A DNA stretch of 64,000 nucleotides from assembly GCF_006345805.1 (NCBI RefSeq), contig NC_043003.1, positions 4,712,001 to 4,776,000 on the forward strand. Direction: 5' to 3'. Of the stretch, positions 50,580 through 64,000 are shown piece after piece (within the stretch, counting starts at the first letter, position 1; every line of letters starts with the position of its first letter). The notes beneath the pieces were generated by a model. It ran no database searches. It was not told where the DNA came from and was given only the letters and a program-made list of their open reading frames with translations. A program made the position numbers and the translations under genes. Source of the DNA: Octopus sinensis. Taxonomy: Eukaryota.

Positions 50580-50774
50580 ATTTACATTTGACGGATATTT
50601 GTCCTCATCTTGTTTGTTGATATACCCTCCAGCCATTCTTGGGGAATTTTCGAACCTGGTTTCACATTCCTAAAGTACTTTTCGATGTTATTTATTATTA
50701 TTATTCAGGTCACTGCCTGGAATCGAACTCGAAATCCTGTATTTAGTAGCCCGCGCTCTTAACCATTACGCTAT
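50580..50774 (-). mobile_element. tRNA-derived SINE family E
   Basis: Reverse complement TATAGCGTAATGGTTAAGAGCGCGGGCTAC...GAGTTCGATTCCAGGC (A and B boxes), followed by an internal (AAT)n. Confidence 0.7.
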
Positions 50775-50777
50775 ATA

Positions 50778-51205
50778 ACTGGTACTTAATTTATCTACCC
50801 TGAAAAGACGGACGGCAAAGTCGACCAAGAGCGGAATTTGAACTCAGATCGCTGCGACGGGCGAAATACCACGAGGCATTTCGTCCAGCGTGACAACGAT
50901 TCTGCCTGCGCGCCACTTTTCTTCATGATAATTATAATATAATGACGATGATAACAATAACAGTATGAATAACAATTACAATATCAAAACTTTGGCGCAT
51001 AGCTAGCTACTTTGAGGGGAGGGTCAACCCCAGCACTTGATTGTTTTTCCTTTTTTTTTTCAGCGACCTCCAAAGGATGAGAAGCAAAATTGATTTTGCC
51101 GGTATTTGAATGAAGAACGGAAGGATCCGGAAGAAATGTCGGAAGAAAAGTAGCAATATGTCCGACGGTCTTACGACCCTACCAGGTCGCTGCAACTGAA
51201 CGGTA
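50778..51205 (-). mobile_element. Two diverged SINE family B fragments
   Basis: Fragments at about 50778-50920 and 51010-51205. Confidence 0.6.
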
Positions 51206-51228
51206 AAGAAAATAACAACAACAACAAC

Positions 51229-51283
<55 letters not shown>

Positions 51284-51586
51284 TAATAATAATGATGATG
51301 ATAATGATAATAATAAATTCGAAGGCAAAATAAAATTAATTGGTTAAATAGGAATAACATCAATCCCCAGAAATGGATTAAAACAACAATAATAAAAAGG
51401 TGATTGGTGTAAAAATAATTACAGGCTTTCAAATTGGTTTAATTAGAAAGGTGTCTAAGAAGACGTTTACTATACACCTCAATAAACACACACACACATA
51501 TAGAATGCGTCTATATGTGAATATATATATACATATTTATAAATATATATGTTTGTATGTATGTATAACATGTGTATCTATATATA

Positions 51587-51641
<55 letters not shown>

Positions 51642-52246
51642 GTCTGTCTGTCTGTCTGTCTGTTCATTTATCTATCTATCGATCTATCTATCTATAGCAC
51701 AAACGCGTATGTTCATTTGAATCTATATTCTGAGAACCATACTGATAAATCTGCATGTGTTTTAAAATAATTATATATGCATTATAGGTACGCATATTTA
51801 AATACACTGTCGGTTATACATCACAAAATGACTCATATACATACATACATACATACATACATACATACATACATGCATACATACATACCATCATGCCTAT
51901 AGTCATACTTGTGTGTGAGAACGTGTGTGCGCACAAACCTCTGCAGCTTCAGTACTCACACCACACACAATTCTCACATATATATCAATATTTGTATGCA
52001 TATATGCATGTATAATTGACGGTGTATTTATATATATATATAGATATATATATGCTTACCTCTGTTGCTTATATAATTATTTCAACTGAGCAGAAAGTGC
52101 AGATATATAGGTGTGTCTAACGGAATATATATTCAGTGAATGTCTGTGTATACACACACACACACAATATATCTTATATATATAATATATATATATATAT
52201 ATGATGTATGTATATATATGTATTTGATCTTTGTATAGATGTCTAC

Positions 52247-52284
<38 letters not shown>

Positions 52285-52360
52285 CATACACAGATACACA
52301 GAGTACTCAAACACACGCGCACACAGATATATACTTATAAATATATGTATTATATGTTAT

Positions 52361-52393
<33 letters not shown>

Positions 52394-53233
52394 CAAAATG
52401 GCATATGGCAAATACATATATACATACCTATGCTTGTGTGTATATGTATGTGTATATATTATTAAGCACGCTTGTCTAAGTATCTGGCATTACCATATCT
52501 CAACGTCCACAATGAGCGATGCCGACTCTGATGACAAAGTGCTGCCAAATGTTGAGTGTTCGTGCAGAATACCAAATTCCTTGAACACGAAGACGTCGAA
52601 ATAAAGAAAGGATGAGAAGGAGGAGGAAGAAGAAGAAGAAGAAAAAGAAGAAGAAGATGAAGAAGAAGAAGAAGTCAAAGGAGATAATGTCTGAGAAGAA
52701 GAAAGGTATGAAGAGAAAGAAGAGATGAAAGTAGATGAAGGAAAGAAACAAAAAATGTAATAGAAAAGAGACCAATAAAAATGTAGAAAAACAAAATGAA
52801 AGGGAATTCAAGAAAAAACATAATTAATTAAAATATAAGGTAATAAAAATAAGGAGAAAATAGTAATTCAATAAAGACTGTGTCGACTTTGAGTGGAGTT
52901 AAAAGGGAGAATATTGGAGAAGAAGGCAGAGGGAGCGGAAGGAGGAGGAAGAGGAAAGGGAATAGGAGCTGAAGAAGGTAATGATGAATGCAGATGAGCA
53001 TGATGAGGATGAACGAGAAAAGAAAGGGTGCCGTAGAGGAAGAAGTGGAGGGTGAGGAGGAGAAGAAGTAGAAGTAGAAGAAGAGGACGAAAACGAAGAA
53101 GAAAATTATGATGAGGATGAGGATGATGATGTAGAAAAACGAAGGGGAATTAGAGGGAAAATGAAGATGAAGAGGTGGAGGAAGTGAAAAGAAGAGAAAA
53201 AGTAATCATAATAATGATAATGATGAAGGAGGA

Positions 53234-53265
<32 letters not shown>

Positions 53266-54339
53266 CGACGATGATGATGATAATTAGGAAGTGGTCTTGA
53301 AGATTGTGATACCGCAGATGGTTTCTTATTGAGCTTTTCGCTTCTTTTTCGTTTATGCATAATATTTAAGACTAAGTGAAAATAAGTTCGTGCAGGGATA
53401 CATCACTATCATACAGATAGGGGACTCACAAAAGAAATCCGAGACAAACATTAGAAGATAGCAAGTCAGAAATAATGTGTTAAGTAAATGTTGTGCGCAC
53501 GCGCATGTGCATGTGCGCGCGCGTTCGATTGTGGCTGTGTGTGCGTTTGTCTGTCCATGTGTGCACAAGTGCGTGTGTGCGTGTGTGTCTAGTGAATGGG
53601 TGTTCATACATATATATGCACTGCCCTTGTGTTATGAGTGAAGTATGTGCGTATATAGTTTGTTGTGCGTGTACATGTGTTGCATTAGTGTTCTCTGTGT
53701 GTTGTATTTGTATTGTATGTGTGTGTCGTGCACGTGCATTTCTCTTCTGTTTGTTTTGTTGTTTTTAGTATTTCGTTTTCACTTGGTTCCATCGTACACT
53801 TCCTGACGTCTTCCTACAACTTGTCGCAGACAACTTTTGCCGATTGTTTTAATAGCAACAAGATTTTTCGACGCTTTTATGTTATTTTTCCGATTTTGTT
53901 TCTGCGGGTTTTTTTGTTGCAATAGTTGACACCACTCATTCTCTGCTGTCTCATATTGTCATGACTACAAAAACAACGACAGCACAAACAATAGACTATA
54001 AAAATAATAAAAATAATAAAGAAATAAAATAAAACGTTTCCTATTCCTTTCATTGGTTACTCAAAGGAACAATGACGCTACCCTCATTGCTGCTGTGTTG
54101 CCGTTGCTGCTGATGCTACTGCTGCTGTTGTTGTTGTTGTTCTCAATTAAACTTAGATCAGGCCTAATCGAGTAGATATTTCACGCGCGTTATTCCAGCC
54201 GTAACCAACCCGGTATATGTCTATGCTCGGTATCATAATGTTTAATGACGTACCTTTCTTAGAGATGATAGTTTGTGAGTTGAGAGCGTTTCGCAGCTAT
54301 TTCTAGCAGAGCAATTGACTTCATCCTCCTCCTTCCACT

Positions 54340-55436
54340 TTATTGTTATTAATTTTGTTGTTGATGTTGTTATTTAAGACGTCACACAGTATCCAATATC
54401 GTGATGATATTGAATGAAGATATTGTGTCTACCGGGGTTTGTACTGTCTGTCAAGTCACAACAACGACGACCTCAGGCATATTGCATATTTATGCAATAT
54501 GCGGGCAGTTCCAAGTAATGCTATACACCTAGATTGTAAGGTATTTCTAAGTTTCCAGATGTTTCTTCAGCTTGGGTGGTATTGAACTCAATACTCCGAT
54601 GACAACAGGGACAATATTTATGTTCGAATCTCGTAGCTACCACATCTTAGCGATATCAATTCTCAGGTTTCCATACTTATCAATCTTCTCTCTTTCTTTC
54701 AAGATCATATGTTGACCTCCTGGCACTGCCACATCGATTATTAGGCACTCTTGTTTGTCCCTCCTAAAGGTTACTATATCCAGCCTTCGGTGCTCTATCA
54801 CCGTGTCTATCTGAAAGTCAAAGTCCCAGAGGATTTTCATTTTTCGTCCATTACCTTTTCCGGTGTATGTTGGTACCAAGCACCCGCTAATTCGTATCAT
54901 ACTTCCGGCATAGTAACCAGTGAATATTTTGGGCTACCTTGCCGTGTCTGCACTTGTTCTCTTTCTGCGCAAGACTTTCACAAGCACTAACAATGTAACT
55001 CATGCTTTCGACACTCTTCCCATACATTCTGCAGAGGTTCCTTGCACTTGTGTGGTATATATCGCTTTTCAATAAGTTGATATTCAATGCCTGATTCTGG
55101 GCATCGATTAATAGGCTTTCAGTATTCATTTTTAGATCGCCCTTACTGAACCAACTCTATGAAGCTTCCTGGTCTTTTAATTTGTTAAATTCACCATGGA
55201 ACCGACCACGTAATCTTACGTGAAGCAAGATTTTTTTCTCTCTCGTTGGCTGATCGTGATTAGAATTCAGGAGCACTCACAAGTCTATATTTCGTTAATG
55301 CTTCTGCATTAGCAGTATAATATAGTAGGTCTTGTTTGCTGTTTACCAAATATACTGCCATCTTTTTTCTTTCACTGTTGATGCACTCCCATGCGCTAAT
55401 CAGCCCACGTCCACCTTTACCCCACTTCATGTAGAA
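54340..55436 (-). mobile_element. R4/Dong-clade non-LTR retrotransposon, 5'-truncated: RT thumb, CCHC knuckle, restriction-like endonuclease and 3' UTR
   Basis: Translates as YMKWGKGGRGLIS; TESLLIDAQNQAL; CRMYGKSVESMSYIVSAC; KILWDFDFQID...HRRLDIV...CLIIDVAVP...EREKIDKY; VPVVIGVL; ALLGTARIL. It is disrupted by stops and frameshifts and has a TAA/CAA-rich tail. Confidence 0.88.
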
Positions 55437-55459
55437 TTAATTATTATTATTTTTATTAT

Positions 55460-55625
55460 TGATTTGAATAAGTTCTGTCTTATTCCTGGTAGGTTGCGGG
55501 TTACTACCTGTAACCTTAGGTACCCACAAGCTTTCAATAGTCTTTCAAGTGCTTTGAACTCACCCGATAATTTTCCCTGTTCCTAAGAGTCGGTGATGGA
55601 ATTTCAAGAATCTAAGACGTCGGAT
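55460..55625 (-). mobile_element. Second, older R4/Dong-type 3' end directly upstream
   Basis: LEIP...LLGTGKII-like ending followed by an (AAT)n tail at 55438-55460. Confidence 0.45.
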
Positions 55626-56365
55626 CAAATGATTTGAGAGATAATTGTTCCGCTTTCTGTATAAATTATAACATTTCTGTTATAATTTGTGATGGAGTTA
55701 GTTATCTCATGTTGTTGCACAACGAAATTCTATTGCGACTGTTTTTCAGGGTCCAGCGTCGAGAATCTCCACTTTCAGAACATGGGCCCTATTTCGTGTA
55801 CACAGTGGAATTCACGACAACTTGATTTTTGTTGGCTGCACAACAGAAAAAGATTCGCTGCAAAATGCTGACGCCAGGCACAAGATCAGGACTTCGACGG
55901 ATTTTGCCGAACATTTTACATGAAATGGCTGTAAATTTGAGGAACATCTTACTTAAAGAACACATTCACATGAAACATTCTGAAAACACAGCACTTTCAG
56001 GCCTCAAAACGCATGAGGATAAGCATAAATGTGACTTGGAAGAATGAACAAAATAGCAGCAGAATTGCAACCCATTTACGCAACTCTCTTTCATTAAATG
56101 TTCTCTTTTGATGGCGATTCTCCTTCAAATATTTAAATTTATTCCTTCTTATTTTATTTTTTTGCTACCATTTCTGAGAAAACAAAAATTGGAGACGTCC
56201 TTTTGTCTAAAAAGGAATGCACAATATTCCAGTTCAAATTTTGAATTTCTGCATGTTTAAAATTTTTCCTTTTGAACCCGAGGATTACTGGTAAACTGTC
56301 GAAATATTTTTTAATTCAATAGAGTCAATCTTTATTACAAATTGTATCGTGTTCTTCTTATTGTA

Positions 56366-56398
<33 letters not shown>

Positions 56399-56471
56399 AT
56401 TAATATTATATTTGTTCTTATTGTTATTATTATCATATTTGTTACAATTATTACTATAATAATAATAATAG

Positions 56472-56548
<77 letters not shown>

Positions 56549-57192
56549 TGATTATATGTTACCCTGTCTCTGCTGCTGCCACCAACAGTCTCAGTACTGG
56601 TATACAACAAAAACAAACAGACATTATAGCTGTTAGCTGCTATTGTTGAAGAGGTGAATGGAATGACGGTTATAGAGGTACACCAACGGTGTACCAACAC
56701 CGAAATCTTAAAAGAATGGGGCTGCATAGAAATTACTTAGAATTCGCACAAACATACACAAACATACAGAGATATACACATTTATATACATAGACTCACA
56801 CGTATATATATTACATGCGTGCATGAACGCGCGTGGGTGCGTGTCTGTGTGTGAGGTTAAGAAAGCTTACGCATGACTGCATTCTACTGTATAGTGAGAC
56901 ATAATTAAGAACGTAGCTGTCATCAAATCATACGCACACGCACACACATATATGACTGCATGTTATACATACATACGTATGTGCGAGTTTATGATGCGTG
57001 TGGGTGTGTGTCTGTGTGTCTGTGTGTGTGTATACATACGTCAAAATAAGAAACTTAGAAAGATACTTCAAAATGAGCACGTTGAAATTCCCACGTACAC
57101 ACACACCCCTATAAATAATAATTGTGTGTGTGTGTATGAATCTATACATACATGTATGTATATGTATGTATGTACGTATGTGTATATGTGTT

Positions 57193-57224
<32 letters not shown>

Positions 57225-57278
57225 CGTGTCTCTGTGGTTACGTATACATATATATAAACATATATATTAGCTAGATCG

Positions 57279-57311
<33 letters not shown>

Positions 57312-57372
57312 GATATATACACATATGTATATATATGTATGTTCGTATATGTATATGTATATATATATATAT

Positions 57373-57403
<31 letters not shown>

Positions 57404-57710
57404 GTATATGCATATATATGTATATACATATGTATATATCTATGTACATACACACATATATATATCTATATAATATATAACATATGTATATATCTATGTA
57501 TAACATATATATATCCTACTATATATATATATATATATATTATATATACATATATACATATGTATATATCTATAAATTACATATATATATACATATGTAT
57601 ATATCTATGTATACATATATATCTATATCTATAAATATACATATATATTATACATATGTATATATCTATAAATATACATATATATCTATATATATATATA
57701 TATATATACA

Positions 57711-57760
<50 letters not shown>

Positions 57761-57870
57761 AATGTACAAAGTAAACTTTTGAACATTTTCTGGGAAGAGG
57801 TGTGGTCGTGATAGATGTCTCAGTTTGATTGGCGTATGTGCGTATACATATATACATACATGCATACATT

Positions 57871-57901
<31 letters not shown>

Positions 57902-57962
57902 ACACAGGACACAGACACACACACACACACCACACACACACACACACACACATACACACACA

Positions 57963-58001
<39 letters not shown>

Positions 58002-58254
58002 AACATTTTGTATATGTACGTAAATCTAGAATGATATATGACATTTAAAACTAAATGAATGCTTTGCTGTAATAAAATTTTAATGAAGCGACATTAACTG
58101 AAAGAAGAGAGAAAGAAAAGTGAGAAAGAAAAAAAAGAAAGAAAGGGAGAGGGAAAGTGAGTGAGAGAAAGCGAGAAATGTTGAGAGAGAAAGAGGTAGA
58201 AAGAGACATGAAAGACAGAGGAAGATAGACACGGAGAGACAAACAAGTAGATAC

Positions 58255-58314
<60 letters not shown>

Positions 58315-59036
58315 ATAGATAGAGAGATAGATAGATAGACAGACAGATAGACAGATAGATAGACAGATAGATAGACAGATAGATAGACAGATAGACAGAT
58401 AGATAGACAGATAGATAGACAGATAGATAGACAGACAGATAGATAGACAGATAGATAGACAGGCAGATAGATAGACAGATAGACAGATAGATATACAGAT
58501 AGAGAGACAGATAGATAAACAGATAGGTTGAGACAGTGTGAAAAACAACAACATAGCAAACGGAGTGTCTCCTTGCCAGAGTGTATCAATCAAGTTTTCT
58601 TTTAATTTCAGCCATCCACCCCGTCATACGCACCTCTACTTTCTCACACTCATTCTGATTTGTCTTTCTCGCTTGGTTGTATATTTTTTGTTGGTGTTCT
58701 TTTTTCGTTAACTTAACAAAAGATCAGAGGAATAAGACAGCGCTGAGATAGATCAGCGGGCGGCCATCTTTCTCTTCTTTCTTTTCCGTTTCGGCTTTCA
58801 CTTGAAAAGTTTTTTTACAATTTTCTCAAAATATTCTTTTAACAAAAGAAATGTTTCTGACTGAGATAATATTATTTCACTTCTATGTATATAATTTTTG
58901 AAAAATATTTTCTCTTATTTCATTTGTATGGATCTTTTGTAGTTTTTTGTTTTGTTGTTGCGTTTATATTTATATTGATATTTTCACCTGTGAATGATTG
59001 TATCTTAGCTGTGTAAGTTTGTACGAACGCATTTAC

Positions 59037-59196
59037 GTATGTATGTATGTATGTATGTATGTATGTATGTATGTATGTATGTATGTATGTATGTATGTAT
59101 GTATGTGTGTATGTATGTGTGTACGTATGTATGTATGTATGTATGTATGTATGTATGTATGTATGTATGTATGTATGTATGTATGTATGTATGCGG

Positions 59197-59230
<34 letters not shown>
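59037..59230. repeat. (ATGT)n followed by (GT)n
   Basis: Directly visible. Confidence 0.95.
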
Positions 59231-59236
<6 letters not shown>

Positions 59237-60544
59237 TCTTTTGAAAATTATATTAACTTGTATTTCAGTATATTTCATAATCTTTTATTTATTACATCTA
59301 TATATTCGTGTATCTATTTGCCAATATATCTATCTAACAATCTACTTATTTATATTTTCATCGATCCATCTTTCTCTCTAAATCTATCTCTATATATTTC
59401 ATCCCATCCTATCTCCCTCCACATACACACACACACACGTGTACGCTCGTAACTATCTTTGTATGAGTCTATGAGAGCGCATGCGTGTACATGCATAACT
59501 TGCTACCAAACTATTTATTTTTCTACCAACTTGCGCATTTTCCTATAAGACTATCATCGCCGCCATTTCTTTCTCTCCTTCTCCTTCTCTCTCTCTCTCT
59601 CTTTCACACGCAAACACACACATGCGCACACACATTTATATAAAGAATATATATATTGCTTTATGCTGACAGACATAGATAAATTGGTAGTTATGCTATC
59701 TACAACTATCTATTTATCAATCTATTTGAGTACACATACACACACCACACACACACACGTACACACACACACTCATACGCGCACAACCCTCACCCACAAA
59801 CTCAAAGCTAGAGAGAGAGAGAGAAAGAGAGAGAAGAGTGAGAGAGAGAGAGAAGAGTGAGAGAGAGATAGAGAGACAGAGAGGGAGAAAGAAAGAAGTA
59901 TGAGTGGGGAAGCAGAGATAGAATAAAGATGAATTGATAAAAACAGCCCGCGTCGATCAGCCTCATTCGGTTTCCCTAGCAATATCATATTAACAATATT
60001 AACTTGTACTACATACCAAAACAAACCGCATCAGATATACAAAAAAAAAAGAACCATTCACTAGTGCACGTTTTGTAGAAATCTTCATAAAATGTCGCGC
60101 ACTCACTCACCCTTCATTTTCATAACGATATTCTCGAGAAGAAGAGAGTATAGCATCGTATCTCTAGAAGTTTGGTCTAACGGATTTGATTCGTCTCGAA
60201 CCTTTTGTGGGTCCGACACAAGAAACACTGAGTAGCGACTCATCAAGGCTCAGCTTTTTACAACTAGTAATTCCCTTTTATTTAACAGCATTTTGGTTAA
60301 GGACAATTCCTCCAATGAATCACTCTCTCTCCATCCCCCTCTACTTCTCTCTGTAATCGATGGAACAACCTACTTGAGAAATTTATGTGCTACTATATAA
60401 ACACGCGTACCCTTAACATAGTTCTCAGGAAAATTCATCGGGACACAGAGGCTGGAATCGAACTCTTGACCTTACGGTCGCGAATCGAATACCCTAACCA
60501 CTAAGCTACGCGCCATCACACATATTTTTTAAATTCTTTTATTT

Positions 60545-60975
60545 ATTTCTATCATTTGACTGCGGCCATGCTGGGGCACTAGCTTTAGTCGAACAAATCG
60601 GCGCCAGGACTTATCTTTTGTAAGCCTAGTACTTATTCTATCGGTTTCTGTTGCCGAACCGCTATTTTACGGGGACGTAAACAAGCCTATATCAGTTGGC
60701 AAGTCATAGTGGGAGGACAAGCGCAAACACACAAATATATACATACTTGCATGCATGCATACATACATACATACATACATACATACATACAGACATACAT
60801 ATACACACACATATACGACAGGCTTCATTCAGTTTCCGTCTACAAAATCCACTCACAAGGCTGGCTTTTGCCGGCCGAGAACATAGCAGATGACACTTGC
60901 TCAACATTGCCCCACAGTGGGACTGAACCCGGAACCATGTGGTTGGTAAGCAAGCTTCTTATCACACAGCCACAT
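60545..60975 (-). mobile_element. SINE family A, near full length
   Basis: Complete head-to-tail match. The internal microsatellite here is (ATAC)n. Confidence 0.85.
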
Positions 60976-61198
60976 TTATTTGCATGAATATTTACTCGCA
61001 TACACTGAAAGACATACACACGCATACACAATCACAGCGCACCACACACACACACACATACATATATGTATACTTACTTGCAAACGCGGACAGACAGACG
61101 TATAAATACACACAGAAGGAAGGATAGGTTTGCCATAGACATGTAGAACAGAGACGTTCGAACGGTGCATGCGTTTCTTCCTTCTCCAACGGAAATCT

Positions 61199-61608
61199 TA
61201 GGCGGCGAATTAGCAGAATTGTTAGCACGCCGGGCGAAATGCTTAGCGGTATTTCGTCTGCCGTTATGTTCTGAGTTCAAATTCCGCCGAGGTTGATTTT
61301 GCCTTTCATCCTTTCGGGGTCGATAAATTAAGTACCAGTTACACACTTGGGTCGATATAATCGACTTAATCCGTTTGTCTGTCCTTGTGTGTCCCTTCTG
61401 TGTTTAGCCCCTTGTGAGTAGTAAAAAAATAGGTATTTCGTCTGTCGTTACGTTCTGAGTTCAAATTCCGCCGAGGTCGACTTTGCCTTTCATCCTTTGG
61501 GGTCGATTAAATAAGTACCAGTTACGTACTGGGGTCGACATAATCGACTTAATCCGTTTGTCTGTCCTTGTTTATCCCTTTAGCCCCTTGCGGGTAGTAA
61601 AGAAATAG
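61199..61608 (+). mobile_element. SINE family B dimer-like copy (full unit plus repeated body and tail)
   Basis: Unit 1 is 61199-61429 and unit 2 is 61430-61608, beginning at GGTATTTCGTCTG. Confidence 0.88.
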
Positions 61609-63028
61609 GAAATGTTGTGGTCATCGCTGTCAGTATCTGGATTAGTTTGTTTTGTATATTCTGAATGTCTGTTTGAGGTCAGCTTTTCGTAAAGTGCAAT
61701 TTAGTATATATTTCTTTTATATTCTTCGTCATTTCGCAAAATTCATCTTTAAATGACACTGATAGACTTATTAAAGGGGCAATTTTGTAAGTGGTCAAGT
61801 TGTCAAAGAGTTTTATCAAGTAGCATTCGTGCCGTCACAGTTTTTAATAAAATCTTTACTACGCATTTAAAGATTTATTTGATAATCATGATGAGTGAAA
61901 AAACGTAAAGTGCTCTACAGGTAAAGTCTTTAGACTTATATACACACGTTCCTACTTACGTACATACATACATACAGATACATACATGTGTACGAATATA
62001 TAATATATATATATATATATATATTATATATACATATGTTGTGTGTGTATACATATATGTGTATGAATACAATATATTTATGCATGCATATATATTTGTA
62101 TATCTACAATATATATATATATATATATATACACATACACATACATATATATGAATGTGTGCGTGTGTGAGTGTGTGTGTGTTTGTGTGTGAGTGTGTGT
62201 GTGTGTATGTGTGTATGTGTGCGTGTGTGTACTCATCTCATCTCTCTTTATATGTTCAAAATAATCAAATGTGAGTTAGGTCCCCCTGACTTCCGGCTCT
62301 CTCTTGTTTACTGTCAATGTCTCCGATCTAACGGCGATTTTCTTTGAATTCTCTTCTTGTTGTTTAGCGTCTCCCAGTTCACTCCGTTCGATCGAATGGT
62401 AATTTCGGTTTACTTTGAATCTCTCCAGTTTAAGACATCAAATAAAGGAAATAACAACCAATACCACCGCTTATAATCTCCTTCCAATCAAACGCCAATA
62501 CGTTTAGCTACGTATCTTTCGCCCATCTGAGTATTATTTTTTTTAACCTTCTTATTTTGGTTTTCTTTTGCTTTTATCTTCCATGATTCTGTTTTCATTG
62601 TTACACATCCCAACACGTAGGCAATCCTCGTATTATTCATATTCTATGAAGAACCATCGGCGAAACTAGATAGCTATTTCGAAAGACTAAATTGTAACAA
62701 CTTAAATATTTCACAAGGTTCATAGTCCCACACATACACGGACATATAACCTACGCACATCTCCTATCTTACCCCCTTCTCTCTCATTTTCGTTTGCTCT
62801 CCTGCCTTTCTCTCCCTCCTCTCTCTTTCTAAACTTTATTCTTTCCCGTTATGATATTTCACACACGAAACATATTTTTAATATCAAACTGAAAAATCCC
62901 TAATAGGATGTGTTATGTCAGATGTGTTATGTCAGATATATATATATATGTATATATTATGTACAAAGACTGCTTACTTATATATATATATATACATATA
63001 CATCTATCTATCTATCCCATCCATATAT

Positions 63029-63080
<52 letters not shown>

Positions 63081-64000
63081 GTATATATATGTGTATATAT
63101 ATACAGAGAGATAGAAAGAGAGAGACGACATGACGGAGAGAAAGAGAGACAAGAAGAGTGTAAAAGGGTAAAGGAAAAAGAGGAGGAAAGCAAATGGTGT
63201 GAGAGAAAAAAGGGCTGATGTGTAGATAAGCAGATATATTCTACTTCATGCCCCCTACCGGTTGATTTTTTTTTCATCATTTCGTATTTCAGAATTACCT
63301 CCCTTGCCCTTTGGCAGTCTAAATTAATTATGCAAACGCCAAATAAGTCTTGTTTTCTTCGTGTAGAATCAGTCTCAGCAAATTTTCTTGCATCGTTATT
63401 TCATTTCACATATTTTCTCACCGAACGACTCCCTATTTTACCAGTCATTATATATATATATGTATATACAAGCCCGCACTAACACATGTTCCTTTATTCT
63501 TTAACTTGTTTCAGTCATTTGACTGCGCCGATGCTGGAACAACGCCTTAATGTGCTCAAATATATATACATGTTATATATAATGTACAGAATCTGATATA
63601 TGTATATACATGTGTATATACGTATACATATGATCTCTGTTTCCTTCTCTCTCTGTATATACGTACATAAACACACACACACACAGATAGGAGAGAAAGA
63701 GATAGATAGATAGATAGATATAGATAGATAGATAGATAGATGGATGGATAGATAGATAGATAGATGTGGCACAATCTGATTGTGATATAGATTTGAAGAC
63801 TGAAAAGGCATTTGAAATTCTCGACAACTGACTGTCGTCTGTTAGATGTATCGTCATCAAAAACAATCTGAGCGTCTCTCAGTCGTGTGTCTTCTGCGTC
63901 CCTTTATATTACTCTGAGACTTAGATTGTCGTCACAACAAAACCTTAGAACGATTCGATGAAGCTTGCTTTAGGAGCAACTTAAGTCTCTAGTATGGTGA

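Noticed and set aside
55689-56047. Several protein-looking short ORFs next to the Dong remnants
   Set aside because: All frames on both strands look equally plausible and none has a recognisable motif, so I cannot support a call.

Overview
Repeat-dominated, AT-rich eukaryotic DNA that is almost certainly from a coleoid cephalopod (Octopus-like). This is inferred from the SINE families and the extreme density of (TA)n, (CA)n, (GA)n, (AAT)n, (GAT)n, (ATAG)n and (ATAC)n microsatellites. I could not identify any host protein-coding gene, so the window reads as intronic or intergenic, and nearly all ORF-track entries are translations of microsatellites. The supportable content is mobile DNA. It includes about five tRNA-derived SINE families (three copies with clean 13-15 bp TSDs), two CR1/L2-type LINE 3' fragments joined back to back, an RTE LINE 3' end, and several R4/Dong-type LINE remnants beside (TAA)n tracts. 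It also includes a full-length but dead Hsmar1-like mariner, Penelope-like (PLE) remnants carrying hammerhead-ribozyme-like motifs, a 458-bp foldback element and a 100-N scaffold gap. The most interesting signals are: (1) a LINE and the commonest SINE sharing a 3' tail whose stem-loop shows compensatory base changes; (2) a type I hammerhead-like fold inside a 143-bp inverted repeat, plus two other non-canonical hammerhead motifs; (3) a 121-bp-arm foldback element; (4) a 17-bp-periodic AATCAATA array next to a diverged 286-bp tandem duplication. Family labels A-E are my own working names, and element boundaries are approximate unless TSDs or TIRs fix them.
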